The notes: a model not told the origin generated them from the sequence alone. A stretch of DNA of 64,000 bases from an uncultured cyanobacterium (GCA_963740315.1 CAVUDP010000002.1:224001-288000); one strand, 5' to 3'. Shown: positions 42,728 to 53,136, counted from the first letter of the stretch. Translations and numbers: made by a program.

Positions 42728-43090
42728 TTACTGTTCGCTTAATTCAATAATATTCCCGTCTGGGTCTTGAGTAAATAAAGCTCGACGACCGGAAGCACTT
42801 GCTTGAATTGGGCAGTTATAATTTAATAACCGCTCTTTAGCGGCATCTAAGTCGGAAACGGAAAAAGCAATATGGGGGTTGCGTCCCCATTTTTCGTTTT
42901 GGGATTGACTTGTTTGTGAGGATGCAACTATCAGGTGTAATTGATATTCACCAACTTGATACCAACTACCGGGAAAGTTTCGCGATCGCTCTACACTTTT
43001 AGATAATTTTAGTACTTCTCCATAGAAATGTTCGGCGCGATTTAAGTCAGTGACAAGAATGGCTGCGTGCAAACATTGAGTAATTTGCAT
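42728..43090 (-). CDS. VOC/glyoxalase family protein
   Basis: HAAILV..FY, QLHL, HIAF, DPDGNIIEL. Confidence 0.92.
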   Translation of the reverse strand: MQITQCLHAAILVTDLNRAEHFYGEVLKLSKSVERSRNFPGSWYQVGEYQLHLIVASSQTSQSQNEKWGRNPHIAFSVSDLDAAKERLLNYNCPIQASASGRRALFTQDPDGNIIELSEQ

Positions 43091-43369
43091 TTTAAATAAT
43101 GTAGTTGTGAAGGAACAAGGATCACCGGAGTTAGGAGTTTGGAGGGATATTGCGGAGGAAGCGGAGGGAGCGGAGGGAGCGGAGGAAGCAATTTCATTTT
43201 TCTTCGTCTTTTCTCCCCCAGCCTCCTCTGCCTCCTCTGCCTCCTCTGCTCTCTTCTCCCCCTCTCCCCCTCTATTCTCCCATGCCTTATTTACTCACAG
43301 TTGACAGAAATTCAAAATCTACCGACGTAAAATGATTTTGATTTTTGTAAAGAATAATTGAGGTGTGGA

Positions 43370-43783
43370 ATGAATGCACAATTAGCAACTGCTGAAATTC
43401 ATACTATGCGCGAGATGTTACATGATTATCCACCGGGAGTACGCGCATTAGATGAATTAGAAAGGCATAAGGGAAATATTCCCACAGCTTTTGAAGATTT
43501 ATGGGTAGAAAGAAACGGAGCAGTAGCTTTACCGGAGAAAAAGTCTTTATGGCAAACTACTTTGAAAGTTTTACGGAACGAACTTTGCGGTGATGATGGT
43601 TTTCGCGCTCAAGTTAAAGAATACTCCACAAATCCAGCTAGCACGCCTTTACTTACTGGGTTAATTGTTTATTTGGTGGGAATATCTGGATTACCAATCG
43701 ATCCGGCGATCGCGACTGTTGTTGTTTTGTATATTCTTAAAATTGGACTGAATATCTTTTGCGAATATACGGAAATTAGTTGA
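43370..43783 (+). CDS. Conserved hypothetical protein with hydrophobic C-terminus
   Basis: GAGGTG RBS; ELCGDDGFR..KIGLNIFCEY. Confidence 0.75.
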   Translation: MNAQLATAEIHTMREMLHDYPPGVRALDELERHKGNIPTAFEDLWVERNGAVALPEKKSLWQTTLKVLRNELCGDDGFRAQVKEYSTNPASTPLLTGLIVYLVGISGLPIDPAIATVVVLYILKIGLNIFCEYTEIS

Positions 43784-44149
43784 TTTTTAGTTGATAATTA
43801 GTATGTGCTTAGTCTTCACATTTTTGTGCAACTATTTTAACTTAAAAAAAGCTATAAATCTGCTGTTAAATGTAATTAAGAGTCTAATAGTCCATTAAAA
43901 TGGACTGAAGAGTTAACAAGTAATATAAAGGATATTATTTGATTATTTTTTTTCCTAATATCCATATATCAAATACCTATTCCACCTGAAACTGAAAGTC
44001 CCAGCCTAATAGCATAAGTCCATTAAAATGGACTGAGGAGTTAACAAGTAATCAAGCATATTTTATTTGAATGATTAAAGACCAGTATTTATATATCAAC
44101 TAAATTATTCACTGGTCACTGGTCACTGGTCACTGATAACTGGTCACTG

Positions 44150-45241
44150 TTAAAACCCTTCCATTTCTACTAATTCGATACATAGATCGTTAATTCTTTC
44201 TAAATCGGGTTTATGAGGTAAGGTTGATTCTTCGTAAACTGTTTCCATTTCGGCTACTAAATCTTCTGCCATTTTCATTAACTGTTCGTAGGAATACTCG
44301 CCGTTAAGAATTGCTTTTAAATCTTCTGCATCGCCTACTTTTTTTCTGTCTACAATTACTTCTTGAGTACGCAATATTTCTAAGCCACTACGCAACAATC
44401 TAACGCAGTGCATCCCATGTTTGAGATCGTAACCGGAAGATTTTTCTGTTTCTGCTCTTTGAGGATTTCTATTTTTCTTCCACGATTGATAGGCTTGCCA
44501 TTCTCTTAATGCATTATGATATTTTTGACTTCTTTGCAGCAGACGAATAAAGTCTTTACGACTATTGGTGAATTGTTGCGTTTTTTCTATTGTTTCATCG
44601 GGTAAAGGATGCTGTTTCAACATTCCTTTAAAGTCGATATCCGCTGTCAATAATTTATAAAGCTGTTCTGCTTCTTCTAAAAATTCAATTTTGCCTCTAA
44701 TTAATAAATATAGATATTCCAAAAAAGCATTTAATTCTTCTTTAGCAAGCGGTGTTTCGTTTTCTATATCAAAATCGGATGGAAATGGTTTAGATTGCGG
44801 GGGATTTAATAACCACTTGCGATGAGTTTCTATTTTCTTAATTTGAGCAAAGGCATAACCAGAATAAGTATGCTTGACTTTTTTACTCAAAAATAGTTTT
44901 CGATTACTAATTAAATGCTGTCCAACTGGGGTTAAAACTGGATATTCACTCAACCATAATAATTCTAAAACGTTGGGGTTTGCTCCTGCTAATAACTGGA
45001 TAACTTTTCTCAGTTCGTATATAACAGTATCTTCGCTGTTATCTAGAAAAGAATACATTCCCGGTTCGTTCCAACCGTTATCTTTTTGCTCAATACCTTT
45101 GTTAAATCCGAGATAATAATTTTTGGGTGCAATAAATACACCTCTCCAGTCGTAATCGGAATCGGGACGGTTTAACCCGTAACCGTGGCTTCCCGCTAAC
45201 CCTACAAAAATAGTTCTAGCTTCTACTTCTATTCTTTTCAT
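44150..45241 (-). CDS. Pol-beta superfamily nucleotidyltransferase (RlaP/Nuc-transf-like)
   Basis: GSHGYGL..SDYDWRGVF (GS..DxD), ANPNVLELLW, GYDLKHGMHCVRLL. Confidence 0.88.
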   Translation of the reverse strand: MKRIEVEARTIFVGLAGSHGYGLNRPDSDYDWRGVFIAPKNYYLGFNKGIEQKDNGWNEPGMYSFLDNSEDTVIYELRKVIQLLAGANPNVLELLWLSEYPVLTPVGQHLISNRKLFLSKKVKHTYSGYAFAQIKKIETHRKWLLNPPQSKPFPSDFDIENETPLAKEELNAFLEYLYLLIRGKIEFLEEAEQLYKLLTADIDFKGMLKQHPLPDETIEKTQQFTNSRKDFIRLLQRSQKYHNALREWQAYQSWKKNRNPQRAETEKSSGYDLKHGMHCVRLLRSGLEILRTQEVIVDRKKVGDAEDLKAILNGEYSYEQLMKMAEDLVAEMETVYEESTLPHKPDLERINDLCIELVEMEGF

Positions 45242-45924
45242 ATTTGATTGCTAAAAATAGCTTGTAATTTAATAATCGTTACTAATGGTTCGTAGTGAGG
45301 ACTTTAGTCCTTTAAGGGCTTAAGCCCTTACTACAAACCTGATTAATTTTGGCTGTGAATTGGCTTAAATAATTGTAACTAACTGTAGCGACTGCTTTTT
45401 ATCAACAAAGCAACTCTATCATCTGGGACAAATAAAATTATTGCTGACAACGCACCCAGTATTTATTTATCCATACTTCAGCAAAGGGCGAATATTTCAT
45501 AATAATTGATGCAGAAATATAGCGATACATAAAGGTGAGCTACGCTTAACGCACTCTACCAAACCTGTCAGTTCAAGTTCGGATAATTTCGATGCCGGTC
45601 TTGACTCGCTTCCATAAGCATTGTTAACTTTAATTGAGACTAATGCAGTTAAATCTATTTCAAAGGCATAATTTGTGCAATTCCCTTGAGACTATAAAAC
45701 AATACCCATCTATAAAAGTTGATATAAATTCGTTCTATTAGGTAATTATCTACCCTCATCCTTAAGGAATACAAACTAATATCAATCTAAAGATAGTGGG
45801 ATCGCTAACCATTTGTCGCGATCGTTGATGATTGTAAACAACATTCATAAATCACTTGGCAATAGGCTAACTATTTGCTAGAAAGTACATACTTGGATGT
45901 TTATTTATTTACACAGAGATAATT

Positions 45925-46122
45925 ATGAGTACTTTAAAACCTTCCACTTCAACTTGTAGATGCTGCGAATATTACACGCCATTAGGACAGCGTGGGGGGA
46001 CTTGTAGCCTATTAAATAACGGTTTAGTTAAAAGTAGCTGGAAAGCTTGCTCTTTCTCTAACCGGGCATTTAGTCCTCTGGCGAAAGTAAATAATTATAG
46101 TTACGCTTTATCAAACTGCTAA
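45925..46122 (+). CDS. Small Cys-rich hypothetical protein
   Basis: CRCCEYYTP.G.RGGTC..L..V..SWKAC pattern typical of a cyanobacterial small-protein family. Confidence 0.65.
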   Translation: MSTLKPSTSTCRCCEYYTPLGQRGGTCSLLNNGLVKSSWKACSFSNRAFSPLAKVNNYSYALSNC

Positions 46123-46193
46123 GAATTTTCTGTAATAAAAATCAATATCAAAAACTTGACTTGGAAGCTTCTCTACATAAGACAAGCGAAAAC

Positions 46194-46223
46194 TTGACTC
46201 ATAAGCTGACATAAGAGTAATAT
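46194..46223 (+). promoter_or_regulatory. Sigma70-type promoter for rplU-rpmA
   Basis: TTGACT-N18-TAATAT. Confidence 0.45.
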
Positions 46224-46361
46224 TATCTGTCGGCTGTCTAATTCCTGCTCGGATCAGGTAGGCACGTTGTAAAAGCTGGTTATAGCGATTATTTGAGACG
46301 CGACACGAGCGCGTCTTTATGATGGGGCCAGCTACCTGTACGGCAACTTAAGGATAAATAA

Positions 46362-46784
46362 ATGAGTTACGCAATTATTGAAACCGGCGGCAAACAACTT
46401 AAAGTTGAGCCGGGTCGCTTTTACGATATAGAATTACTGCACAACGAAACGGATGAGAAAATTACTATAGATTCAGTTTTATTCGTGCAGCACGATGGTG
46501 AGGTTAGTATTGGACAGCCTCTGGTGTCGGGAGCAACGGTAGAAGGAACGGTGATGCGCCATTATAGAGGTCGCAAAGTCTTGGTTTACAAGATGAAGCC
46601 GAAGAAGAAAACCCGTAAAAAGCGCGGACATCGCCAAGAAATCACTCGCTTGATGATTGATTCTATTAGTATGAATGGTTCGGCGATCGCTGTTGCTGAA
46701 GATATTGCCCAAGAAAAACCCGTTCCCGTAACTGCTGAAGATGCACCAGCAGAAGCTGTAACTGCCGAAGTTGTTGCAGAATAA
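46362..46784 (+). CDS. rplU: 50S ribosomal protein L21
   Basis: [17 protein letters not shown]. Confidence 0.98.
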   Translation: MSYAIIETGGKQLKVEPGRFYDIELLHNETDEKITIDSVLFVQHDGEVSIGQPLVSGATVEGTVMRHYRGRKVLVYKMKPKKKTRKKRGHRQEITRLMIDSISMNGSAIAVAEDIAQEKPVPVTAEDAPAEAVTAEVVAE

Positions 46785-46903
46785 TTAATAATGGGGGATG
46801 GGGCACAAGGGCCGAAGGGAATTGGGCATAGGATAATCCCAACTATCTGCTTTTCACCTTTGACCTGTAACCTTAATTTAACAATTATCAAAAGGAGAAA
46901 ATA

Positions 46904-47191
46904 ATGGCTCATAAGAAAGGAACGGGTAGTACTCGTAACGGACGCGACTCTAATGCTCAGCGTCTTGGAGTAAAATGCTTCGGTAGTGAAACTGTTCGCG
47001 CTGGAAATATTTTGGTACGTCAACGCGGTACTAAGTTTCACCCCGGTAACAATGTTGGTATCGGTAAAGATGATACTTTGTTTGCTTTGATTGACGGTAT
47101 TGTTACTTTTGAAAGAAAAGGCAAAAGCCGTAAGAAAGTTAGCGTTTATGCAAATGCTACTGAGTCTGAGCCAGTTGCTGTTGCTTCTTAA
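46904..47191 (+). CDS. rpmA: 50S ribosomal protein L27
   Basis: [26 protein letters not shown]. Confidence 0.99.
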   Translation: MAHKKGTGSTRNGRDSNAQRLGVKCFGSETVRAGNILVRQRGTKFHPGNNVGIGKDDTLFALIDGIVTFERKGKSRKKVSVYANATESEPVAVAS

Positions 47192-47253
47192 ATAAAGCTA
47201 AAAAGCTACTATTGAACGTTCCGGGATGCTTATCCCACAAAATTTTTAACGAA

Positions 47254-47289
47254 TGTAGGACGGGTGTTTTGCTTGTCCTATATTTTTTT
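47254..47289 (+). terminator. Probable terminator after rpmA
   Basis: TAGGAC..GTCCTA hairpin followed by a T-run. Confidence 0.5.
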
Positions 47290-47333
47290 ATTCAACTTTA
47301 ATTTTAATTTCCCAACGCCCCATGCCCAATTTA

Positions 47334-47762
47334 TCAAAACAATTGATGCAATAAAAGTCCTAACATCAAACCTCCTATTGAAAATATCGAAGTGAAACAA
47401 AAGGCTTGTGTTTCTTCAAGTCCAGCTAATTGAAAATCTAGTCTTACTAAGATAGTTGCACTAGTAATTAGTAGCATATCGAGAAAAATTCGGAACTCGG
47501 CGAAGATAAGAAAGAATAAGAAAGCACCTAAAACAGCAAACCCAAAAGATTTAAGCTTTGTATTAAATAAAACTCGAATATATTTAATAGTTCTTGTCCA
47601 AGGAGTAGTGATGCCTGCAACCAGAACTAACACGCCAATTACAATTAGCAACCATGCAATTGTCGGTAGATTTTCTTGAAATAGTATCCACCCGAATACG
47701 CCGTAGGTAAGCAGTACAAGTACAAGAGAAACCCAGGGAAGCTTTTTTACGATCGCCATCAT
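47334..47762 (-). CDS. Integral membrane hypothetical protein
   Basis: Highly hydrophobic 142 aa; PW..L..Y..FGW and LVRLDFQ motifs. Confidence 0.8.
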   Translation of the reverse strand: MMAIVKKLPWVSLVLVLLTYGVFGWILFQENLPTIAWLLIVIGVLVLVAGITTPWTRTIKYIRVLFNTKLKSFGFAVLGAFLFFLIFAEFRIFLDMLLITSATILVRLDFQLAGLEETQAFCFTSIFSIGGLMLGLLLHQLF

Positions 47763-48099
47763 AACTGGTTAAACCTCACTGCTCCATTTTTTGTAAATTT
47801 ATGAGATATTACAGTTACTCAAACAGACTTAATCTTAGCTGGCAATGTCATGAAATACAGTATAATTTCATACTTACAGATTTGAAAAGCATAATTTATT
47901 CTACTGTACTATGAATCTCTGTAATGCCGTAAACTATAACTTTATCTTTTATATTAAAGCGAGAGTTGAACAAACGAATGTTTCATTGACACGTATTGTG
48001 AAATAAGATTTTATTAAAAATTATTTCAATCTGTTCATAAATATTTGTAAACTGAGAACGGTTAAGTTGCGGCTTATCATATCTTGTTAAGGGATTATC

Positions 48100-49014
48100 A
48101 TGAGACAATCTGTTATTGCGGAGCGCGTCTGCCTTACAAGTCATATCTTGGCTAAGGTTTTCGGACTTATAGGTATTATGTTGGTCATACCTAACGCCAA
48201 AATGATTTTGAATCTTGGAGACGTTGGACAAACAGCCATGCAGTTGAGTATGGCTAATGGTGGTGTTGTAGATATTATTTTTGGAATCATAGCTGTTTCT
48301 ATTTATGCGTGCAGGGTATTAGGATGGCGTACTTGGCTGGGTTTTCTAATTCCTTCTGTTTTGATATCGGTAGGTAGCGAATTATTAGGAACTAGTACTG
48401 GTTTTCCTTTTGGCGATTATAGCTATCTCAGCGGTTTGGGTTATAAAATTGGCGGTTTGGTGCCGTTTACGATTCCTTTATCTTGGTTTTATGTAGGTTT
48501 GTCAGCTTACTTAATTGCCAGAAGTGGTTTAAAAGTAGCCGAAAAACCAACTTTGATTCGTCATGTTGGTGCGATCGCCATTGGTGCTTTACTCTTCACT
48601 AGTTGGGATTTTGCCCTCGAACCGGCTATGAGTCAAACTGCTTTTCCTTTCTGGTATTGGGAAACGCCTGGAGATTTCTTTGGCACACCTTACCGAAACT
48701 ACGTCGGTTGGTTTGGTACTAGCGCACTATTTATGAGTGTAGCGGCTTTGATATGGAGTCCGAAGCCAATTAAATTATGGCGCGAACAATTAGTTTTACC
48801 TCTGGTTGTTTATGTAAGTAACTTTGTTTTCGCTGCTGGATTAAGTTTGGGAAATGGTTTTATTGTCCCAGTTTCTTTAGGCTTAATTTTAGGTGTCGTT
48901 CCAGCTATAGCTTTATGGTTGAAAAGTTCCACCGCACCAACGTATATCGCTGATGACGTGGAAAATGGAAGTTCAGAAGTTGCAGTTGCTTCTCTCAAAG
49001 TTGCTGTAAAGTAA
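48100..49014 (+). CDS. cruF: Carotenoid 1',2'-hydratase (gamma-carotene 1'-hydroxylase)
   Basis: SELLGTSTGFPFG.Y.Y, VPFTIPLSWF, WDFALEPAM, PYRNYVGW; adjacent to cruG. Confidence 0.9.
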   Translation: MRQSVIAERVCLTSHILAKVFGLIGIMLVIPNAKMILNLGDVGQTAMQLSMANGGVVDIIFGIIAVSIYACRVLGWRTWLGFLIPSVLISVGSELLGTSTGFPFGDYSYLSGLGYKIGGLVPFTIPLSWFYVGLSAYLIARSGLKVAEKPTLIRHVGAIAIGALLFTSWDFALEPAMSQTAFPFWYWETPGDFFGTPYRNYVGWFGTSALFMSVAALIWSPKPIKLWREQLVLPLVVYVSNFVFAAGLSLGNGFIVPVSLGLILGVVPAIALWLKSSTAPTYIADDVENGSSEVAVASLKVAVK

Positions 49015-49036
49015 CGATTCAACACAGTGGTCAATA

Positions 49037-50209
49037 ATGCAGGAGCTTTTAAGCGGTATCTCGCTTTTAATTCTAGTTATTCAGGTACCAGCAGTTTTTA
49101 TCCTGCTGTCGCGTCTATTAAAAGGACCTTTTCGTCAAGCTCCAATTCAACCTCAAAGTCCGACACCGGAACTTTTGGGAACTGTTAGCGTGGTGGTTCC
49201 AACTCTCAACGAAGTTGAACGTATTAGCCCTTTGTTAGCTCTTTTGAGCCGCGCAAGTTATGAAGTCCGGGAAATCATCGTTGTAGATAGCAATTCTCAA
49301 GATGGTACCCGCGACTTAGTAAAGGCAACGATGGAAAAAGACCCCCGCTTTCGTTTGATGACGGATGACCCTTTACCAGTAGGCTGGGTGGGTCGTCCTT
49401 GGGCTTTACACAATGGCTTTTTGCATAGTTCACCGACTAGTGAATGGTTTCTGGGAATGGATGCGGATACCCAACCCCATCCCGGTTTAGTCGCTGGTTT
49501 GGTAAAAGCTGCATCTACGCTCAATTACGATTTAGTTTCCCTGTCTCCTCGATTCATTCTTAAATATCCGGGTGAATCTTTACTGCAACCAGCGCTGTTA
49601 ATGACGCTACTTTATCGATTCGATCCTGCTGGTGTAAACACGCAGGCACCGGAGAGAGTAATGGCGAACGGACAGTGTTTTCTGTGTCGCCGTTCGGTTT
49701 TAGAAAAAGTGAATGGTTATACCAGTGCCAAAAGTTCATTTTGCGATGATGTCACCTTGGCAAGACAGATAGCAGCAACTGGGTTCAAAGTTGGCTTCTT
49801 AGATGGAGCAAAAGTGCTGAAAGTAAGGATGTACGAAGGTGCGGCGGAAACCTGGAGAGAATGGGGAAGAAGCCTCGACCTTAAAGACGCATCCTCCCGC
49901 GCTCAAATTTGGGGAGACTTGTGGTTGTTAGCATCCGTGCAAGGTTTACCTTTAATAATAGTGCTTTTATTATTTCTTTCTCCCCATCCCCCCTTCTCCC
50001 CCACTCTTCTCCTACTGTGGCTAAATCTATTTTTAGTACTAATTCGTTCAATGATGCTTTTAGCGATCGCACCCTCTTACGATTTCACGCAAACCAAAGG
50101 GGGCTGGTTATTTTGGCTTTCACCAATAGCAGACCCCTTAGCAGTTTTAAGAATTTTCTTGTCAGCCTTCCGTACCCCGCGACAGTGGCGAGGACGGGAG
50201 TATAGTTAA
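49037..50209 (+). CDS. cruG: Carotenoid 2'-O-glycosyltransferase (myxoxanthophyll)
   Basis: GT2: VVVPTLNE, GWVGRPWAL, DAD, ANGQC, FCDDV, WRGR. Confidence 0.9.
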   Translation: MQELLSGISLLILVIQVPAVFILLSRLLKGPFRQAPIQPQSPTPELLGTVSVVVPTLNEVERISPLLALLSRASYEVREIIVVDSNSQDGTRDLVKATMEKDPRFRLMTDDPLPVGWVGRPWALHNGFLHSSPTSEWFLGMDADTQPHPGLVAGLVKAASTLNYDLVSLSPRFILKYPGESLLQPALLMTLLYRFDPAGVNTQAPERVMANGQCFLCRRSVLEKVNGYTSAKSSFCDDVTLARQIAATGFKVGFLDGAKVLKVRMYEGAAETWREWGRSLDLKDASSRAQIWGDLWLLASVQGLPLIIVLLLFLSPHPPFSPTLLLLWLNLFLVLIRSMMLLAIAPSYDFTQTKGGWLFWLSPIADPLAVLRIFLSAFRTPRQWRGREYS

Positions 50210-50351
50210 GGGAGAGGGAGAGAGGGGGAGAGGGGGAGATGGGGAGATGGGGAGATGGGGAGATGGGGAGAAAATTTTAATTATTAACTCCTAGCTCCGG
50301 TGGTCCCAACTCCGGTGGTCTCAACCTTTAACCTTTAACCTTTAACCTTTC

Positions 50352-51272
50352 CTACTCTCCTTCTTCGTCGTCTAGTTTGTCGGCGCGTTCGAGTTCCCAA
50401 AGTATTTGATTTCCTTCGCGACGTACTCGGGAAACTACCCAGTTTCTCCAGCGCCATTGATCGCCGCGACTGGTAACAGCACTAGCGTGGACGTTCATTA
50501 AGTCCGCTAGTTCTGAACTTGTAATTAAGTAACCTTTTTCGGCTATTTCGTCAGCAATGCGAAGAGTTTCAACTAAACTGCGGAGTTGCGATACTCTTGT
50601 TTCGCGTGGTAAGTCTTCGTTTTGCAAGGTAGCAGAAGCGCTAGATGATTCCATAGTGTTCGTATTATTTGTGTCCGGTTCAAGACTACTATTATGTGTC
50701 TTTTTGTTAATTATGGGTGGTGTAATGTGTGAGTTAGATGTAGATGATACCTCAACTTCGGCTTTTTGTGGGAAATTAGCATCACTGATACTTATATCCA
50801 GCAATTGCTTTAGTGATGGTATTTTCCCTGAAGCAAAACCACGGGCGATTGTGTCACAACGTTCGTTACCTATATTACCAGCGTGACCGCGAACGTGCTG
50901 CCATTTAATTTGTTGATTGTTGAGGTTATCTAAAATTTCCAATAAATCTTGGTTGAGTACGGGTTTTCCATCGGATTTCTTCCAACCTTTACGTTTCCAT
51001 CCTTTTACCCATTTCGTGACGCAATTAATTAGATATTCGCTGTCGGTGTAAAGAGTGATGGGTTTGTTTTGCCCTGAAGATTCTAAAAATTCTAATGCTG
51101 CGATCGCGGCTTGCATTTCCATTCTGTTATTAGTGGTTTTTTTGGATGCATCGCCGATTTCGTGGATTGAACCATCATCGAAGTAAATAACAGCACCCCA
51201 ACCACCAGGTCCGGGATTGCCAGTACAAGCGCCATCGGTATATATACTTTGAATTGTAGGTTGAGAAGACAT
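50352..51272 (-). CDS. rnhA: Ribonuclease HI with C-terminal extension
   Basis: YTDGACTGNPGPGGW, TTNNRME, TDSEY, HVRGHAGNIGNERCD. Confidence 0.95.
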   Translation of the reverse strand: MSSQPTIQSIYTDGACTGNPGPGGWGAVIYFDDGSIHEIGDASKKTTNNRMEMQAAIAALEFLESSGQNKPITLYTDSEYLINCVTKWVKGWKRKGWKKSDGKPVLNQDLLEILDNLNNQQIKWQHVRGHAGNIGNERCDTIARGFASGKIPSLKQLLDISISDANFPQKAEVEVSSTSNSHITPPIINKKTHNSSLEPDTNNTNTMESSSASATLQNEDLPRETRVSQLRSLVETLRIADEIAEKGYLITSSELADLMNVHASAVTSRGDQWRWRNWVVSRVRREGNQILWELERADKLDDEEGE

Positions 51273-51620
51273 AGTTAATATTAATATTTTAACTCGTACA
51301 AATACCGGGACATAACTACGACACGGTTAATGATGTTGTAGCAAGTGTCCGGAGTTGCCTAGAGGAAAAAGGCTCAAGTTGCAACGAGTTATAAACGTTA
51401 TCACGTTTGGGTACAAGCTTGTAACAATAAAATAATATTTAATGATTTATTAATTTTAATTTTAATTTTAATTTTATTTTAATTTTATTTTGATTTTTAT
51501 CCGCTCTCGTTACAAGGTTCTACCTTGTAATGCATTTTAAGGAGGCTCCGCCTGCTATTAATATTCTCTAGCAGAGCCTCTTGTTGTGGGTTGCCGCTCT
51601 ACAAGTATGAATGCAGTTAA

Positions 51621-52079
51621 TTACCGATCGTCATTTCCTATCTTTTGAATAAATTGTTTCCAAGTTTGATTCGGAATCCAAATTTGATCTAAATCCTTTT
51701 TCGCTGCTTCCTCACTTTTACCTTCTTGATAACGGCGATAAAGATATATAAAAGCAGATACCCGCTTATTTGCCGCACAGTGAACAAAGACTTTTTTATC
51801 AGCGTTTGTTTTCATTACCTGAATAAATTCTTGTAACTTTTCTTCCGTAGGGTTTTCCCAAATTACGGGTATATGAACGTATTGCATCCCCTGAGTTTCT
51901 ACAATCTCTTTTTCGTTAGCTAAAGCATTAGAAGAATCTTTTAATGCAAGATTTATAACTAGTTGATATCCGGCTTGTTTTATATGTGAAAACTCTTCTA
52001 CAGATGGTTGTCCTGCTGTAGCAATTTTATCGGAAATTTTTAGGTAGTTGTAAATGTTTTCTAGACAATTATGAGACAT
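51621..52079 (-). CDS. Tyrosine-phosphatase-like / DUF442 protein
   Basis: TAGQP, VINL, VHIPV, VHCAANKR (CX5R-like). Confidence 0.85.
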   Translation of the reverse strand: MSHNCLENIYNYLKISDKIATAGQPSVEEFSHIKQAGYQLVINLALKDSSNALANEKEIVETQGMQYVHIPVIWENPTEEKLQEFIQVMKTNADKKVFVHCAANKRVSAFIYLYRRYQEGKSEEAAKKDLDQIWIPNQTWKQFIQKIGNDDR

Positions 52080-52276
52080 TTTATTAAATTAATCGATGCG
52101 CGATTATTCTACAATAAGGTATAATTTTGCAACACAATCGACATTTTAGGGGAGAGTAATTAAACTTATAATGGCAGATTGGCAGAATTACTGTTAAGAA
52201 ACAGGCAACGGGGAATGGGGAGCAAAAAGAATAAAGTCGTAATTTAATTGTTGCAATAAATTACATTCACTTGACA

Positions 52277-52503
52277 ATGAATAGTTTAATTAAAATATCT
52301 ATCTATAATTCACAATATCAAGCTCAAGTTGTTGAATTAATTTTGAAGATTCAACAAAAAGAATTTGATGTTGCGATAAATTTTATGAAAAGAATGATTT
52401 TGTAAGAGTTACCAAAGCTGAACTACCAGAAATTCCAATTATGCGATCGGACAATATATTTTATCGTTTAACAGTTCCAATTATTCATCATAAAACAGAA
52501 TAA
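52277..52503 (+). pseudogene. Internally deleted, frameshifted GNAT acetyltransferase remnant
   Basis: MNSLIKISIYNSQYQAQVVELILKIQQKEFDVAI joined out of frame to KFYEKNDFVRVTKAELPEIPIMRSDNIFYRL. Confidence 0.6.
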
Positions 52504-52778
52504 TAATGTTCTACCACGGGAAACGGATCGTAAAAGTGATGTAATAATTGTTTCCATTCTTGATATTCTGGTGATTTTCTAAAACCGACAGTATGAGCTT
52601 CTAAAGTTTCCCAACGAGCAAGCAGAATATAACGATTGGGGACTTCGATGCATTTTTGTAATTCATGAGATATGTATCCCGGCATTGAAGAGATTATTTT
52701 TGAAGCTTGTTTAAATGTGGCTTCAAATTCATCAGACATTCCTTCTTTTACATCTAAAATTGCAACTTCGAGAATCAT
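52488..52778 (-). CDS. Antibiotic biosynthesis monooxygenase (ABM) family protein
   Basis: MILEVAIL..FE..PGY..WETLEAHTVGFR.S..Y.EW..LLHHFY.PFP.VEH. Confidence 0.9.
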   Translation of the reverse strand: MILEVAILDVKEGMSDEFEATFKQASKIISSMPGYISHELQKCIEVPNRYILLARWETLEAHTVGFRKSPEYQEWKQLLHHFYDPFPVVEHYYSVL

Positions 52779-52819
52779 TTGTTTCTTTATAAATTGTTAA
52801 ATCAGTTGTTAAATCAATA

Positions 52820-52876
52820 ATCCGCTATGGGTTGCAAACCCATAGCTAATAGCTAAAGTCATCTAAAGATGACTGA
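52820..52876 (+). repeat. Double-hairpin REP-like element, copy A
   Basis: GCTATGGGTT-GCA-AACCCATAGC taatagctaa AGTCATC-TAAA-GATGACT. Confidence 0.85.
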
Positions 52877-52956
52877 GAATTGATAAACCCGGTTTTTTGA
52901 AAAACTAGGTTTCTTATCATCTGAAATTATTACTGAGAATATAGAATCACTATATC

Positions 52957-53136
52957 TTAATCATCTTTTTCTTCATCTTTGACTTGTTGAAGTAGTGAAA
53001 TACAGTTGTTAACCATCCAAATAAAGATTTCTATTTGTGATTCTCCATCTTGTATGCGGGTTTTAGCTTGAATACCCATGAGGATGATTTGCAGGGTTAG
53101 TAATAAAGTAATAAGTTTGCGGGTTAAGTTTTTCAT
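52957..53136 (-). CDS. Unannotated 59-aa protein divergent from the NACHT gene
   Basis: MKNLTRKLITLLLTLQIILMGIQAKTRIQDGESQIEIFIWMVNNCISLLQQVKDEEKDD*; purine-rich GAGATGGA before ATG; shorter than any ORF in the supplied track. Confidence 0.6.
   Translation of the reverse strand: MKNLTRKLITLLLTLQIILMGIQAKTRIQDGESQIEIFIWMVNNCISLLQQVKDEEKDD

Noticed and set aside
41352..45241. Integrative element or heterocyst excision element around the recombinase
   Set aside because: No interrupted gene, att direct repeats or tRNA target found; the catalytic motif is degenerate
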